A DNA stretch of 64,000 nucleotides from Catajapyx aquilonaris (GCA_000934665.2 JYFJ02001994.1:1-64000); one strand, 5' to 3'. Counted from the first letter of the stretch, positions 28,307 through 43,820 are shown. Translations and numbers: made by a program. The notes: generated by a model from the letters alone, not told the origin.

Positions 28307-28879
28307 TCTTATGCGAAGATGAGGAACCTGGACAAAATATCAAGAAAAGTGCAATTACCTGTGGGAACATCAGTCGCAGTACGGGACTGTTGTACAGCTC
28401 CTCTTGTTGGGGACTTGAAGACTCACAACAGTGTTCAAGCATGTTGCATTTAAATAGCTGACAATGCTACACTGTGCTTCAAACATAGCACAAGTCGAGG
28501 GTAAGATAAAATTAGTCCTCACAATGGTCACTATGACTGCAGAATCTGTAAGTATCTGCTGGGAAGAAGCAACAGTGGAGGCAGGAAGATGTGTTCATAC
28601 TTCACCTTCTTCATTCGTCTTATACGTAAACGCAGGAAATCATGAGCTTCACAGATATGCGACAACATAAGGCGGTCCTATTCTATAGAACATTGGTATT
28701 ACTCTCGCAAAATTCAGGCAAAAATCTAATTGACGCCACAATGTGGGCCAAATCTGAAGATTCGCTACTAGGAAGCGACATCAAAATATCCATTATTGTA
28801 CTACTATTTTCATTTTCTTAAGAGAATGGGGAAAACGGCTCACAATAAATCCACAATGGCGGCCTCTACTGAGTCAAAG

Positions 28880-29400
28880 CATACCAAGGCACACCCGGGA
28901 ACGAGATGGCCGATCGTGCCGTCTCGCCACATTCGCAGAAGAGCCTTAGACTCGCAGATGGCGGCCTGGCAGCGGGGATGGGAGGTGTGAAGAAACTCTT
29001 GGTACTTCGGCTTCTTTCCGTCGGTGTCCAAGGGCACCTGATGGCCAGACTTGTATCCGGGCATGGCCCTTATCTGGCCTACCTACACCGCTTCCACCTG
29101 GGCACATGTCATGTAGGGAAAGCAGAGGATGACGGAAGGCCGTCGGGGATGAGGGCGATTCTGACGATGCGTGGTGCGAATGTGCTGAGGACGGAGCTCA
29201 GACCGCATCGTACATCATATGGAATTGTGCCCTCCCTGATATAGCCGCTGCCCGGAGTGAGTTGCGTCAGGCGGCCGTGTCTGGGAACTTGGGATGGCCC
29301 AGCTCTAAGGAAAACTTGGCTTGACCGGCTAGTGATATGAGAGTGACGCGCTGCCTACTGCGCTACCAAGGCTTGCTACCGGATAGTGATAGTGATAGTG
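28880..29400 (+). mobile_element. Non-LTR retrotransposon 3' end: RNase H C-terminus, LVSGHG motif, Cys/His knuckle and (GATAGT)n tail
   Basis: KAHPG/NEMADRA, ARLVSGHGPYLAYLHRFHL, AWCECAEDGAQTASYIIWNCALP and GNLGWPSS are followed by gatagt x3 at 29382-29400. Confidence 0.85.
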
Positions 29401-30194
29401 CCGTGATCATGGCTCATTTCATGCCCCACAAAGTAAGGAGTAATTCAAAAATGTTGAATCAAGTTCTGATTAGTTGTCATTCTTAACTTGGACGAACCAT
29501 AAAACCTGCACATACTTCGTGTGAGTGTTGACCCTTGGAAACTGAGAGATGTTGCGTTCTACTAATAGCATCACTCTACTCATACACCCGGGCCAAAAAT
29601 ATTCACTAAAGTCATGAAGGGCTAGGAGTATGTCTCAACTAGGCACACGTAAAACCTTCGCAAATACTGTACATGCTGTAGCAGTGTAGTATGACACAAT
29701 GATCCTGGGTCAAAACTAGGGCGAACTAGGCTTCACACTGGAGGCCTACAGAAACCCATACGTATGGTGCAAAAGAGCAAATACGAGACAGATAAATCAT
29801 TCGTTTCCTGACACGACAAGCAATAATGACATTACATAAATTCAGATATCCACGATAATGCTACGTTCATCATTCACGTGAAATAATGGACAAACACTGA
29901 TACCCATACATCCACCGCCGTGTTACAATACGTACGCATCAATTGGACAAATGAATGATACAGATGCTCTTTCAAGTGACATACCAAGATAAACAACACG
30001 AAGGCTACGCAGAATTTACAACTACCGGGACATCCACGTGACTGATATGCTCTCATTGATATACGAGCATACAGTTATAACATATAACGTTACAAGCACC
30101 CACTGCAGTATGACGCCCTGTACGCATAACGCCATGCAGACAGTATGTCACAGCACCAGAAGACACTGACTGACTGTAAAGATGGACATATTGA

Positions 30195-30350
30195 TATTGG
30201 AAGATGAATATATTGTTATCTCAGAAAAGCTACTAGATCTTGACATAAGAACAATCCGCAAATTTCACAAAATATTCGACATTTATTTGCCATCTACACC
30301 AACACTCTGGCCAGAATGGTCGAACAAGCTGTTTAAAAAACCTCAAGAGG
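30195..30350 (+). mobile_element. Highly degenerate Gypsy integrase core fragment
   Basis: IVISEKLLDLDIRTIRKFHKIFDIYLPSTPTLWPE / MVEQAV aligns loosely with IVISDNGPQF.S..F..F.....I.H..T.P.WP..NG.VE. Confidence 0.35.
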
Positions 30351-33300
30351 ACTAAAAATTAAAATCAAAACTATACTGAAAAGTTGCTACATTCGTCGTA
30401 AATGGTGCATTTATGCCAAGAAGCTGCACTTCGCTTGTTTGGCACATGTCAAACGATTCCCTTTCCACCAGTACAATAACTGAGAACGAAATCCCGAGTC
30501 TGCCGCGAAAACAATCTGAACTAGGTCTCTGTAACATGCTGTATTGATTCTGAGTGTATTTGCGTAAATAATATGTGGGGTACATTTTGCAGAGAATATT
30601 TCACAATGTAAAAGGGTATGTATATTTTGAAGTCCCCCCACTCCTCGTGCGTGGTCACGTACTTTGATTCACACGTTTGTATATTTTGTTGAAGAAGAGT
30701 GTGTAGAATACAGCGATTGTTGAAACGTTCAACCCTGGATTTATTTGACAACCCAAACCCTTGGGGTTGTATGACAATTGTGGAGATACATTGTTACAGC
30801 CTCACCAATCTAGCCAAAATCGTTGTACAAAACTCCCTAAAATACAGGACAAATGCTGACACCTTTCAACCACATACAGTTAGCCATACCGATGAATTCG
30901 GATGAATTGAACCACTGAAAGATGCATACGCTCAATCAGATGAGGATAACCATGGATAAACAACGCGATCGGAAGTGACCATTCAATACAAGGCAGTCGC
31001 CCATTTTAAACTAGAGCGACCGACAGTGTTCCATACGGTCAAGGAATATATTGCGGGCCATACAAGCTCTGCGAATTATATATATAGCGCCTAGATACTG
31101 ACTGTGAGTGAAGAGGCGTGTATTAAGATGACACCATGGGAGTCCGTGGGTGACAGTTATTCTGTCAGAAAGTCCATCGGATCATCACAATCACATCCAG
31201 ACATGGTGGTATATCGAAAGAGTAGAACCTTCTAAGCAAAATAAAATGTGTCAACTATTACCAAAAATGACAGACGATAACCTCAGAATGAGTTTATACA
31301 TTCAGAACTTTCAGTCGCAAGCTAACAGTGTCTTGTACAACAATGGAGCTCCTCTGATGTCGCACATTTAACCCCCGTGGGGGTTGTTTGGGCCATACAC
31401 TAAAAGAACTCTGGCAAGTAAGAAAAAGTCAGAAGCCAAAGAAACTAAGGACGTGAATGAATTTTTGTTGTCTGCATATACGTAAATTGTAATACTTATT
31501 GCAAACCTGTAACAGTTGGTTGCAATCATACCGCATGTCTTATTACTCAAGCCATGATCGAAATTCGAAGAGATAATTGCGCGTTACACGTTCAAGTGGA
31601 ATTAAATAGATGTCTGAAGCCTCCCACTTTCGGGGTCCCATGGATGGGATAACCTATTAACATTATGACAGTAACATACAGAACCAGCAGCCATAAAGAA
31701 ACGAGTCCCGTAACCCCCCGGCCAACCGAGGACACGACAAAAGAAGGAAGAAGTGAGAAGACGTTACCGATCTTCTCCTAGGAATTCATCAATGGACTGG
31801 AAAATGAGGCCAGGAGGGAATGCAATGAGAATGAAGAACTCGATTGATTGTACCCAATGACATGGCGCATTTAAGTCAAGTGATTCCAGTCAATGTTTAT
31901 TGTAAGGAAGAAATAGACTCATAAATCTCCACGTTAGGTGGCATGCGATACACAGCGGTGTAACCTGATAAAAGAATGAATAAGTAGTCAAATAACTGAT
32001 TGATCGACTGTGCCTTTAAATAGCCGAATCACTTACTCCCGTGTACTGATGACAAATCTTCATCAAGTCCCCGACGCAGATTATAATAATTTCTCACAAT
32101 ATTTCTCACTGTGACTTGTGCATGGTCGAAGCAGCCCTGTCCGGAGAGATGGCCTGGCTTAAGCAGTACTGGCGTGCACCAGTATCTAATAACTCCTTGC
32201 ACACATGAGGACTTGTCGGAAAAGCTGATCCACTTCTGACTGTGATTTCACGACAACGTTACTGGAAGTTATGCATTAATTTATAAAACCCATCAGGATG
32301 GAGACTGAACGATACATACAGATACAAATGTTACTAATCACATGTTGCGTTGGCCAATCACTTCTGATGCATTAGAACCTAACCCCCAAGTAACCTCCTC
32401 CAGTCATAGTGTTTTGTTGTTGAAGGTCGCTTACAATTCTGGCCATTGCTCGATGCATTCCGTCATAATTATCATAATAATTCTCGTCGCTGTGTGTCAC
32501 ACGAGGTGAGGGAGCAAATGGTCACGTGACCACGCAACCATTAAAATAAAACCGCTCATTGTTCAACTGCATGACTTGACCTTATCACACATCGTAATTA
32601 GACTTTAAAAAATTATGATCATAGTCATCTCAAAACGTTTGTAGTCAATTAACATGAGTTGGACAGATGCGAGGGACGTAAAATCACCATCTGACTTCAC
32701 CACTCGGCGAGATGACTCGCGTGCTTGAAAATGGCAACCTGTGAACATCAAGCCGCCGTTTGTCCCGCATTAATCAGGATTATTCTCTACATGTCGCAAG
32801 TGTATTCAAGAGAACTGTAAGGGGGAGGTAATACAATGGCTAATTTCCTATGCAGCGTGGGATGACAGGAGAAGAGTCGTTGATAACCCTTATTGGGAAA
32901 GGAGTGTAAGAGTACGCACCCTGCCTATTTGTTTTTCTTCATAAATATTTTATTTTCCATCTAACTTGCAAGAGCGTGTGGTATGATGATTGTCGTATAC
33001 ATCTTATCAAATTATTATAAGCGAAAACGCAAGTAAAACAAAAGGGAATATGAGATAAAAATTTAAACCTTTCATGATGACACTTGCGTACTCTTGTACG
33101 ACATAGAAGGGCGAGAGTACTATTGAGATAGACCAAGAGTTCGCACCTAACAATCAGTCAAAAATAAGCACTTGTCGTGCCTTCTAAAGTGGATTTACAG
33201 AGGATATATCAATTGAGCTCTGTCGTCGAGTTCACTTGTGTTTATACATTAAAAGCACACCCCTCTTAAAAAGGATTACGGAAACCAGTTTGAGCGAATG

Positions 33301-36300
33301 AAAAAGTGTTATTATTCACATTGGGAAGGAACATAGTTTAACTAACCTCCGGTTAAATTTAAATCCTCGGCCAAAGGCAGCAGCTGGTCCATAGGCAGAC
33401 GCAGAGATGTCCCACGACAACCAACAGAAATGGGAAGAGAGACACGGTGGACGACGAGCCAACATTTAATCGTAAATATCAAATATACCCAAATAATTGA
33501 TAATTACATAATAAACGCAGGGATAAATGGAAGCACGACAATGGCGGTGGAAGCAAAGCAGAGTCTGTGATGGATGTTTGCCCCCACCTCCTTCCCGTGT
33601 CATTTTATTGAATCTGTCATAAAAAACAAAGAAACACTAACGCTCATTAATATTAATTAATTAATTATATAACAGTTGTTTCTAAGCAGTACCATGCAGT
33701 ATATTACCAAGCAATTCTTTTTAAAATCTTCAAATATTTCTATCAAATACAGTAATGATGTTCTACCTAATTGGAATTAATTATGCTTGAAATTTCCAAA
33801 GAGCTTGTGGACGTTAATATAAACCTCAACCAAATGCCATTAAAGTTCAGGTACCGCCGAAGATCAACAGAGAGAAAATTCCTTAACAATCCGGCCGAAG
33901 CACTCCATCTCAAAGCCTCGCGAATCAGAGACCTGCCTTAGCAGCATCAATTTGAATGCAAGCTGTGGACCAAACAAAATAATGAGGAATCGGCAAAAAT
34001 ATTCATCTTAACTATCTCATGCAGAGACGTACAGTACAACCTTCGCTGTTATTGGTTCACTGTGTAGCATGTGAATCCATTGGCATTGATCCAAGCAGCA
34101 TCTGCCACTTTCAATTTAACCATCAATGCGGTGCAGGTTATGTTCAGAGAGTACATCACAAAGTGGCGTGTGTGCGTTATGGAAGGCAATATCTTAAGCA
34201 TGGCATTTATGCTACTTTCTCTATTGAACACAAGTTCGACATAGTATAGTCAGATGTCTAGCAATCTATCAGTCAGATGTCTAGCAATATCAGATCAAAG
34301 ACAAAGAAAGAGAGAGACATAAGTAGCTGGCCAACGGGTCAAGTGTCGAACTCACGGTTCAGAAAAAAATGTATATTATGACAAATCTGACCCAGTAATA
34401 TAGATGAGTAATGTTACTGAAAGAACCCTTCATCTCTATAACTTCTTACGCTTAAACTATCAGATATTGAATATACTACTTCACTTCCCTTGATATCATG
34501 TGAAGTTTATATTATCACTCATATTTTGGCAAACGAGAAGGGCACATTATACTTTCTTCATTGATCATATGAGTGTTGACGACACATTTTCGACACATTT
34601 TCAATATGAACTGTTACTTGACCAACACACGCTATTATGTTTGGAAAAAATAGTGATGCGTTTAAGGCGTCTTCCTTCAGTACTACTTGGGAATTGCTGT
34701 CTATTGGTGCTACCATTAGTTCTTAATTCTATTTATAAAGAAGCACTAGAATACTAGATGGAGAAGAAAACATGACATGACTTTTGTATATACATTATAA
34801 TTATATCCGCTTGAAATTACATATACGCAGCGCCAAGGCTTGTACGGGATGTGTCAAATTCTCAGTGAAGCCTTGATTGACTAATGGGAGACACCGGGAG
34901 ACACCATCCAGGTTTATGACAAAATCAGCCATACCAGAATATATTGGAGAAAATAATAAAGGAATAGTACGACGTCACTTGGCGGTTAATCAGGTGCAAT
35001 GAAGACCATTATCCAAAAGGAGTGTGTCGCAAATTTACTGAAACTATCAGGAAACTAGTTTTCTACTACAATGCAGGACAATGCACATGTGCGGCCAGTT
35101 TGCATTAAATGTACAGTATTATAACTGGCAAGAAATAGCCACTACTCGTGTACAGGTAAGACCTATACACTCCTGTGAAAACTTCCACCTTTAACAAGCA
35201 TAAAGTTTACAAATCCGACACATTTTGTCCAACTCCCTACGTTGGAAGCGCCATTGAAATATTCCTGCTACTCATCATCCATAAAATATTCAGACTATGA
35301 AGGAACCGCAGAAGCCAAATTATCAAGTTACAACACGACCCAACATCACCGCTACAAAAAAGGAGTGTATCACGGGGAAAATTCAGTACAAATGCAGAAA
35401 ATTCTACCATCCACACACCTGCAACAATTAATTCTGACAAGACACACAAATATACCGTATATAAATACGGTAATTATTGTGCATGTTATAATTTATTATG
35501 AGTTAGAACTTGATATTCATGCAGATAATTATCTGCATATTACACTTTCATTGAATATGCACAGGCTATGACCACGTAACTCAACATGAAAAATAAGTGC
35601 ACTTATGAAGACACATGAAGATGGAGATAGGGGGCACAGGAAATGATAGTGGCAACAGTTGTGTTACAACAGAATTGTTCAACCTTGTTGTAATGGCAGA
35701 CGATATTAAAATATTCTCGAAACAAAAGCACAAGTCGAGGGTAAGGTATTAGGGGTCATAATGGTGATTATGACTGCAAAGTCTGCGATCCGAAAGTACC
35801 AGCTGGGAAAGTAGACATGGCGGAGAAGGGCAGATGTGTCCGAGCATACTTTATTCATATTTATCTGTATCAAATGAGAGATAATGTGATGGTGTTACGC
35901 CTTAAACGTATCAGGGAATGGTGTCAGAGTTCCACTACCTAGGGCGCCTCTTACGAAATGGTGATCAAAGAAGATGGAATCATGGATGAGTCACGCCTGA
36001 GACGCCTCCCTAGAGCATTCGTTACAAAACAATGCAACTGGAGATATTCGAATCAATACTTCTCACAATGATAAGTATGTCAGCGACTTGCATGAAGGTA
36101 TAAGGTCACATTACTGCAAAGCTGTCCGTTGCGTGTTACCCGACCCGTTGTTGATGAGTATCAATTTAAAACTAATAATTAATCATGCTATACTTATATA
36201 CCAGATTAATTATATCTATTAACATCATGGTTTTAGCAATATCACAGAACAATATATTGCTGCTAATATATATTTTTTGGAAACGTAAATACTACAGGAT

Positions 36301-37858
36301 GATTAATCCCAGTTTTGTTACAGGTTCCAGTTGTGTCAGTTTCTGAACAACACCGAGCATTTCTTTCCACCTCACCAGCCTGATGAATCTCACACGTCTA
36401 TTCAGACGGATCCAATGGCGACCAAAACCCAGTGATGAGGATTAACGCCTCCCCAACGATATCACACATGACACAAAACACGACTTTTGTCCTGCACTTG
36501 CATTTCGGTAGATGGATGACCTCAAAGAAGAAATATTGAAGTATACCCATGACATTGAATTCAAAACCATCAGATGCAATCAAACATCGAGGATGCTGAT
36601 ATCCCCCTTCCCCAAGAGTTGAGTAGCAAACGATATTAGTTAGAACAACACCTAGCAGAGGTTGTGACATGCGTGATAGTGACGTGATAGTAGGCAAATA
36701 ATATCTCTCATAGAGCCCATCCTATTGCTTCTAATATGAATAATGAATAGTGTATTAATAATCTGTGTTACCCTAATAGTCGTGCCCAGAATATGCCATG
36801 TTGTTGAGATGCAGAGAACAATTAAGAACAACATAATATGCACTTCATGAGATTATTACTTCGATATTACATTTCATGAAGTTGACAGACATAAATGGAA
36901 AGAATATCCAGTCGCACAGCGGTGGTTAATATTATTATCTTCATAATGTTATAAATGGAGCTGGGTATCAAAAATACAATAATAGATGCCGCTGGGTGCC
37001 ATAAGAATGAGCTCTCTGACAGGTCGACTAAATCATAATATAAATAACAATAATATATGGCGATGGGTAGGAAGAACGGTCATTCTCAGTAACTCGTAAA
37101 GTTCTTTATATTAATATCAATTATCAAACAATATAATAGATTGCGTTGTCCAGAGTGGTGGTCGCAGGTATAGTGTAAATTAATGCATGATCTCTTCATG
37201 GAGGTGGAATTAATGACATCTCAGTGTCAGTAGTAAACTAATGACGATAAAGGTGGGAAGAGGATTTAGTAAACGTGAAGTGCTACGGTGCAGCAGGACG
37301 AGTCCTTGACAAGTCAGTAATTCTTTCACAGCAAGTATGCAACTGCTTAGCTGTTGTCAAGCAAACACAAGAAAAGATTGTACTCCTTTGGCTGTCGTTG
37401 TGCAGAAAAATGAATGCACAATTGGCTCCCCATGTATTCCCTAATAAGCAAACAAAAGGCAAATACTCCCATCTTCTCCTATCCACTTTTTATTCTCTGT
37501 AGTGGTGATTTATAATATAAATATAATCTAGCCAAACAACATAGTTTAACTCCACTTCAAAATATTGTCCATGAATGACGAGCAGTACCACAAAACATCA
37601 TCGCTGTGAACTATGGAAAACGGCACCATTTCAGAACAGACTATTACCTGGAATTATCAACCCAGGGCAATTCCAAACTTGCCTGACTGGCACTGTACAC
37701 TCCTATGCAGAAATCAACATCAAATTTAATTATAAATGGTTTTTCTGCCATGCTTTACCACTATGGCACACAAGTTTTGCACTGCGAAAAAGTAGGACAC
37801 ATAGATTCTCGCACTGACGTAGATTCAACACGTGTGAGACTGCGTACTATAGTAAGTA

Positions 37859-38156
37859 CTAGCAGGTTACCCGGCGTTGCCCGGGTATGTTATGGTGGTA
37901 GGCCTACAATGTAATGAGGGAATTACCATGGAAATCTATGAATATTGTTAAATAGGTAATTGATAATTGGTTAATTGGGAATATGCGTGTTATGGGTGTT
38001 GGGTTCATTTTCGGAAGCTGAAACATGCGGCATTATATTCCTTGAAAAATGTAACTCCCGATATGCTAATTTAAGGCGGTGTAGGGGCCTTCCCCCGGAT
38101 TTCTATAAGGGACACACATCCAAACTGACAAACTTCCTTATTTATAGAGATAGAGA
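37859..38156 (-). mobile_element. Non-autonomous Helitron, ~298 bp
   Basis: The minus strand reads A|TCTCTATC...CTAG|T with a subterminal GC hairpin TACCCGG-cgttgc-CCGGGTA (37868-37887) just before the 3' CTAG. No TSD. Confidence 0.85.
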
Positions 38157-41100
38157 TACAATTGAAAAACTCCACTAGTGAACATAAGCAAAGGACAACT
38201 GCGTATCGCTTGTTCCAAGAGGTCGCTCATGTGCCCGAAGGATACAAATATTTTAAAAAAACGTATCCACAGGCACGACCAAAAAGTACCACGAACTGGA
38301 GGTAGTTGCGAGAATACGAATTGCTGACATTTTGTTTAATGGTAGACATTCCATGTAATATTATACCTGAACAATACCCTTGAACCGAGAATGAATTATT
38401 CCAGGAAGGTCATTTACTGCTGGTTGAATCCAATCCACAAGTCCCAGAAGATAGTGCATCTCATTAAAATAATATTTAGTGATTCAGATGGTAGTGAAGT
38501 AGTGGTAGAATGACGATGTACTATTCCCCTCAAGGAAGAAAAGAAATTTACCAACATGGGAAAAAATGGGAGAAATATTCCTAGAACATAAGACAAACCT
38601 GGCCATTGGGTCAACATTAGGCTTTTGAGGCTTTTGGTGGTGGTTAATACATATCTTGTGGACAGATGGCAGTACTATAATGCATATAACTATAAGTATA
38701 CATATCAATAATATATGGCGCAGGGTGTGTTGATGAGTTTTAGGACATAGCTTGTTGAATAATATTGGCTATATTGGTATTGGTTGGTATTGGTAATAGT
38801 ATATTGGTTGGACAGCAATAAAATAATATTTATGGTCAGCAATTTACCATTGTATTTGTAGCCAGTTGCGAACTGCATTTTAATAATAATTGTCATAAAA
38901 TTGTTCCGCGTACATTCCTGGACCACTGTATTTAATTGTGGCCTTTAAATCATTTCAGTCTCTGGACTCAGGGAGCATGTAGAGATTGTAGACAATAATA
39001 CTACTGGATGATTTTTTTTGAAGTGGTCTGCAAACAACAGTAAAACTCATATCTCTTGCTGCTATGGCGAGTGGGCAGAGCTAATGGGAGGTGGGAGGGG
39101 CAGTATAGTGTACTCGTATACCTTCCAGTGAATTTTGCTGACATTATAAACTGATGAAATTACAGTGCAATTAGCTCTGAAACTGCTAACAGAAATCATT
39201 CGCCCAAAAGTTCTTGGGTCATTCGGAAAAAGCCACAGCCATACTGGCACCTAGACAGGAACCACCAAACGACTGCCACACCTGAAGTGGATGAGTGTTA
39301 CCCGGCCTACCAATATTGCTTACAGTACATTGGTTGAGTAAAAATATTAAACCAGGGGTCCAGTTATTTCGTTTTGGGGACATAGTGTTATAACAATCGA
39401 GGTTGTGGTTCTTGTTTTGTTTTGCTAGTAGTAGCGATTGTTCCAGATAAAAAGAGCTAATGATTGTTGGGTAAGGGAGGCTCATTTGTGTCTAATTGCA
39501 TACTAGCAGTCTTTTTATGCCATATAAGTATTTTCACAAAAGTTAAATTATTATTGTCAATATGTATAATATTATGTACAACCACATCTTCTGTGAGAAG
39601 TCACCCAGAACGGGCATGTACAAAATGTCTAGGGTGACTCCATGTGCCAAAAGGCGGTAGTGAAGACCATGGCAAAATGGACCTCTATATGCAACTTTGG
39701 GCAGATGGTTATTCTGTATGTGCTGTAACAACCGTAATTTAATTGTGTAACTAACACTCAGGAGTGCAAGGGAAGGAGTGCATGTAACAGAACGGAAGGC
39801 TCTTTTACCGAGTGCAGAGAGTGGAATGGCAGGGATATGTCCAGCCTGCGACATACTGTACAGACCTCTCCATGAGCATAAGTGCTGTGTTATTCGAATT
39901 GATTGGCAATTGTCAACTGTAGTGTTCCAAACTGATTGTCAGTTGTTCGTTGTCATAATTCAATTCATTAATCATCGTGTCATTGTTCCAGACCAATTAA
40001 GCTTCTGTCATTATTCAAATTCACTAAAAATTTGCCATTGTTCAATTCATTAAACCTTTTGCTGTGTTGCAAGCTGATATTCAATTGCCTTGTTTATAAT
40101 CTGTTGGACCCCCTTTCTGTAAACAAATACTTGGATCTCGGCTCGACTCGAGTTAGTCAGTGGCCGACCCTCGAGGAGGTAACAACTCTCCTCAGTGTGT
40201 GGCTCTGATAGAGTTGAGGTTCCGGCCTGTACAGAATTGTTGTCTTTTATTCTCAACCCTAGCCACTCTTTTGGATTGATTAAGTCAGTGTCATATCAGG
40301 GCCATCAGGCATCTGCGTCGTGCTAATAATGGAACCTACATAATCAATTAATAAACAGGAACCCCTCTGGTTGGCGGAAGCCCGAGCCAGGTCGGAGTGT
40401 ACCAACTAATCCTCGGCCACGCCTCATTCTAGGGCTAAATACATCTAAACGTCCCGTTATAGTGCCCACTGGGATTAAGTGATTGCATGGAGGTAAAAGC
40501 ATAGAGGTTTCTCGTCGGTCGGTATCAGGTGGTCTTCCTTCAATCTCCCCCCACATGATGATTTGCTTCGCATGAATTGGGCAAGAAGCCACGTAGGGGT
40601 TATTGTTGTGTAATTGTTATTTGTGTGATGGGTAGGGGTGATGTGTAGGGGTATGTTTGAATGACACAAAAAGAGTAGAATAAACTGTTTCCTTTGCTGC
40701 TGAGAAATGCACCACCCTATAGAGGACCACATACTTACAAACATTTTGAAGGTGTACTCTCACGGTACATTTTCAAAGGGGCACTATTATTACCTTTGGC
40801 CCAGGAACCAATCCATATTTGCCAGGACTATTTTCAATTTCAAAAAATGTATAAAAATCACACACTAATTTATATTTTTGCAAGAATGCGCTGTTCGGTG
40901 ATGTCAAACAACACAACTAAATATTTTTATTCAAAAATCTGGGTCATGTTCAGTAACAATATATTATGTATTTACATCATATGAGATCTGTGGAGCCTCC
41001 ATGAAAACTTTGGAGAGTAGAAGGATAGAATTCGATCTCCGAGTTGGAGGGACTCAAATTAGTTCCATTAGAATAATTGCATGAAGAAACTGGAACTCCA

Positions 41101-43689
41101 AAACACACCCCATTACATTTCAAGCCATGCAGCAATCTTATTTTTGTCACCAATATTGTTACTGTTGACTCAGCTTCATTGTCCTCAATACACAATCTCC
41201 CTTGAGCAACCGCAGCGACAACGGCAAAGCCGAACAATGCTCTTGTGAACCTAGCCTTTTACCTGCATCCTTGAACCGGTTGTCTGGCCCACACCCAGCC
41301 TCCACCGACCCGACCCCGTCTCAGTTGACTACTCACCGAGGAGGCAATATATGAGCATTACTTCATTATGTTTTTCAACAATTAAAAAGTACACCCAGCA
41401 CGCTACCCATTGATACATTTTACGTGTGTCTCAAACTAGGTAACAGACTGACGTCATCAGCAACGTTGCCAGCTCCTGTTAATGATCAAGTTATTTGCAA
41501 ATAATCAAAACTGTGGTCAAATATCGACCTTAAACTTAACTCTTGGTGGAACTCCATCATTGCATGCTACGACTTTCATCCCGAGGGACAGTATGCCTTT
41601 TGTCATGCAATTATTGTGCTGACACACTATAGACTATACAGTGTGTGGTCTGTAAGTCGAGCGATTGCGAGGAGTGCAATCCTGATATGCAAGTGGACCA
41701 AGTTGCACCGGTACTGTACTGGGAGAAGGCCCACAATGAGACACCAATAATAATTGGGGATTAATTGACGTTCCAGTAATCAACAGTCTTTTCTCGTGTC
41801 CAGTATGGGAAAAACTCCAGAGAAGCTCAACACTGCGCAGGCAAGAACAGGCAAAGCAAATATTGACTTAGTTGTCACGTAAAGTGCATTGATGGCGATC
41901 TCTACAACTCCATTATCAATATCGCAATGTAAATGAAGCAGGCGACATCTGAGTGAAATCAGTGAGTTATCAGCCAGCATACAAAAAAATTACCCATTGT
42001 TAATTATACAAATGCAAAACTTTCAACCATCCACAGAGCGACGTGTAACAAGTGGGTTTTTAAAAACAAGACAAAATCCGTACCGGAAAGTGATCAGACA
42101 GCACCAACTGATCCAACAGACAGCAGAGATTAAACGTACATGAGACTATTGAAACTGGAACAGGTTTATGAAGGTTCTGTGGGTTGTGCGTGCGACACCA
42201 TTAGGCGACACCCTTCATAAAGTCATTAGACTGGAAACGCTTATGTCCGAAAATGGAAGGAGAAGAAGTAATTGACACCACAGATGGACAGTTGGTTGGA
42301 CTCACAATCACCAGTCACGTGAATATTTCCCACCATGAATGGACTGGGCAAGCTTGGTACTTTAGCGACTGAATATGTGGGAGTGAACGATACAATACCC
42401 ACGAATGCATTACATCATGCCTTATAAATGACACAATTATGATTAGTTTAAGAGGTGGCTTTGTTCAGTCGAAAGAATTTTCATGCATTTCGAACACATG
42501 GGGGTTATTTGTGACGTACACCAAATGAAATTTAGTGCAGAGAAATCACTCTAACACCATAAATATTGTATATTGAAATGTAGATGCAAATGATAAGAAT
42601 TACACTTCTCTGGACCCAATGTCCAGAGTGACTCCACATCCAAGGTGGAAGCGAAGTGGATTGACGCAGGAGGGCTACTGGCCAACATGATATGGCATCT
42701 AGGGAAGATCATGCACAGGCAGCGGATAGAGCAGGAGCTATCCCCGAGCTAGCACCTGAGCGGATGAAAGCGTGACAGAGCAGGCCATAAGAGAAATTGC
42801 GAACATATCAAAACATGTTCGAATGGACCATTGGTTCGTCATCTCATGCTGGAATTCAAGAACACCACCACTCATGTACGTCTAATGACAATCTCGTACG
42901 TTGTCATCAACTATTAGTATTTCATGTGTCCACTGCTGTAGCCTGCCAACCTGCGAAACCTCTCAAAGGTGTTGATAAACCGGTGTTTTAACTGCAACAT
43001 ATCGGTGCCCATTGAGACCATCTGCTCAATGATTCCTGTGCTGTCAGGGAGTCTCATCAAGTGGTGGAAAAAATTCAACAACATCAAAGATTGATTATTG
43101 CAACCTCGAGGTGTTTTGACCCCTTCGACACAACATAACTGAGACGGCAACTGGCCCATAGGGCAATCAAGTTAATCGAATCCTAAACATTTACAACGGA
43201 AGCGCTCAACTCTACCAGAACTAGTCGGCATCAGGTTTTAGTCAAGCGAGCCTTGTAATGTATACTGTAACATGTAAGTTACGTGACCAAATAAGAGATT
43301 CTATAATATATTACAGAATAAAATTTACAGCGCGCCGTAATGCAGCATGTTAACTTTGTAATAAAGATCGAATCGCTACTACATTCTCCTGGATATAGCC
43401 TGTAGCTGCCATATATTGCAAGACGCTCCTTTTGGCCCGTCCATATAGCGCAGCCTCCATGTAAAAATTGAACTATGGGTGAGGATGGGAGCCGAGACAT
43501 TGCCAATGAAGACCATAATGGACATAATTATAGTTATGCTGTCAGTATATGGTCCCATTTCATGAGGACACAGAATTGACAATTTTTTATCAAAGAAACT
43601 GAGAAGAGACCCTGTGAGAGATCATAGCGACAAGAACCCACAAGAACCATGACGAACCCTCTTTTGAACATTCATTTACTATCAAATTT

Positions 43690-43820
43690 TGGCGGGTGTG
43701 AAGGTCTGAAGGTCATGAAAGATGTAGACACTGTTTCCAGCATGCCAGGCTGGTCAGATGAGGAGACGGCCAAGGTGATTCGCTTAAGGTTAAGTGGAAT
43801 TGCTACAGAGTTTCTCTCGG
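43690..43820 (+). mobile_element. Gypsy gag-like fragment
   Basis: MKDVDTVSSMPGWSDEETAKVIRLRLSGIATEFL resembles the retrotransposon gag W.D..K...L.L.L.G.A..F motif. Confidence 0.5.

Noticed and set aside
42830..43190. Possible Penelope RT (+ strand) or DUF6589-like transposase (- strand) remnant
   Set aside because: There are only vague, mutually conflicting motif resemblances; BLASTX would be needed.
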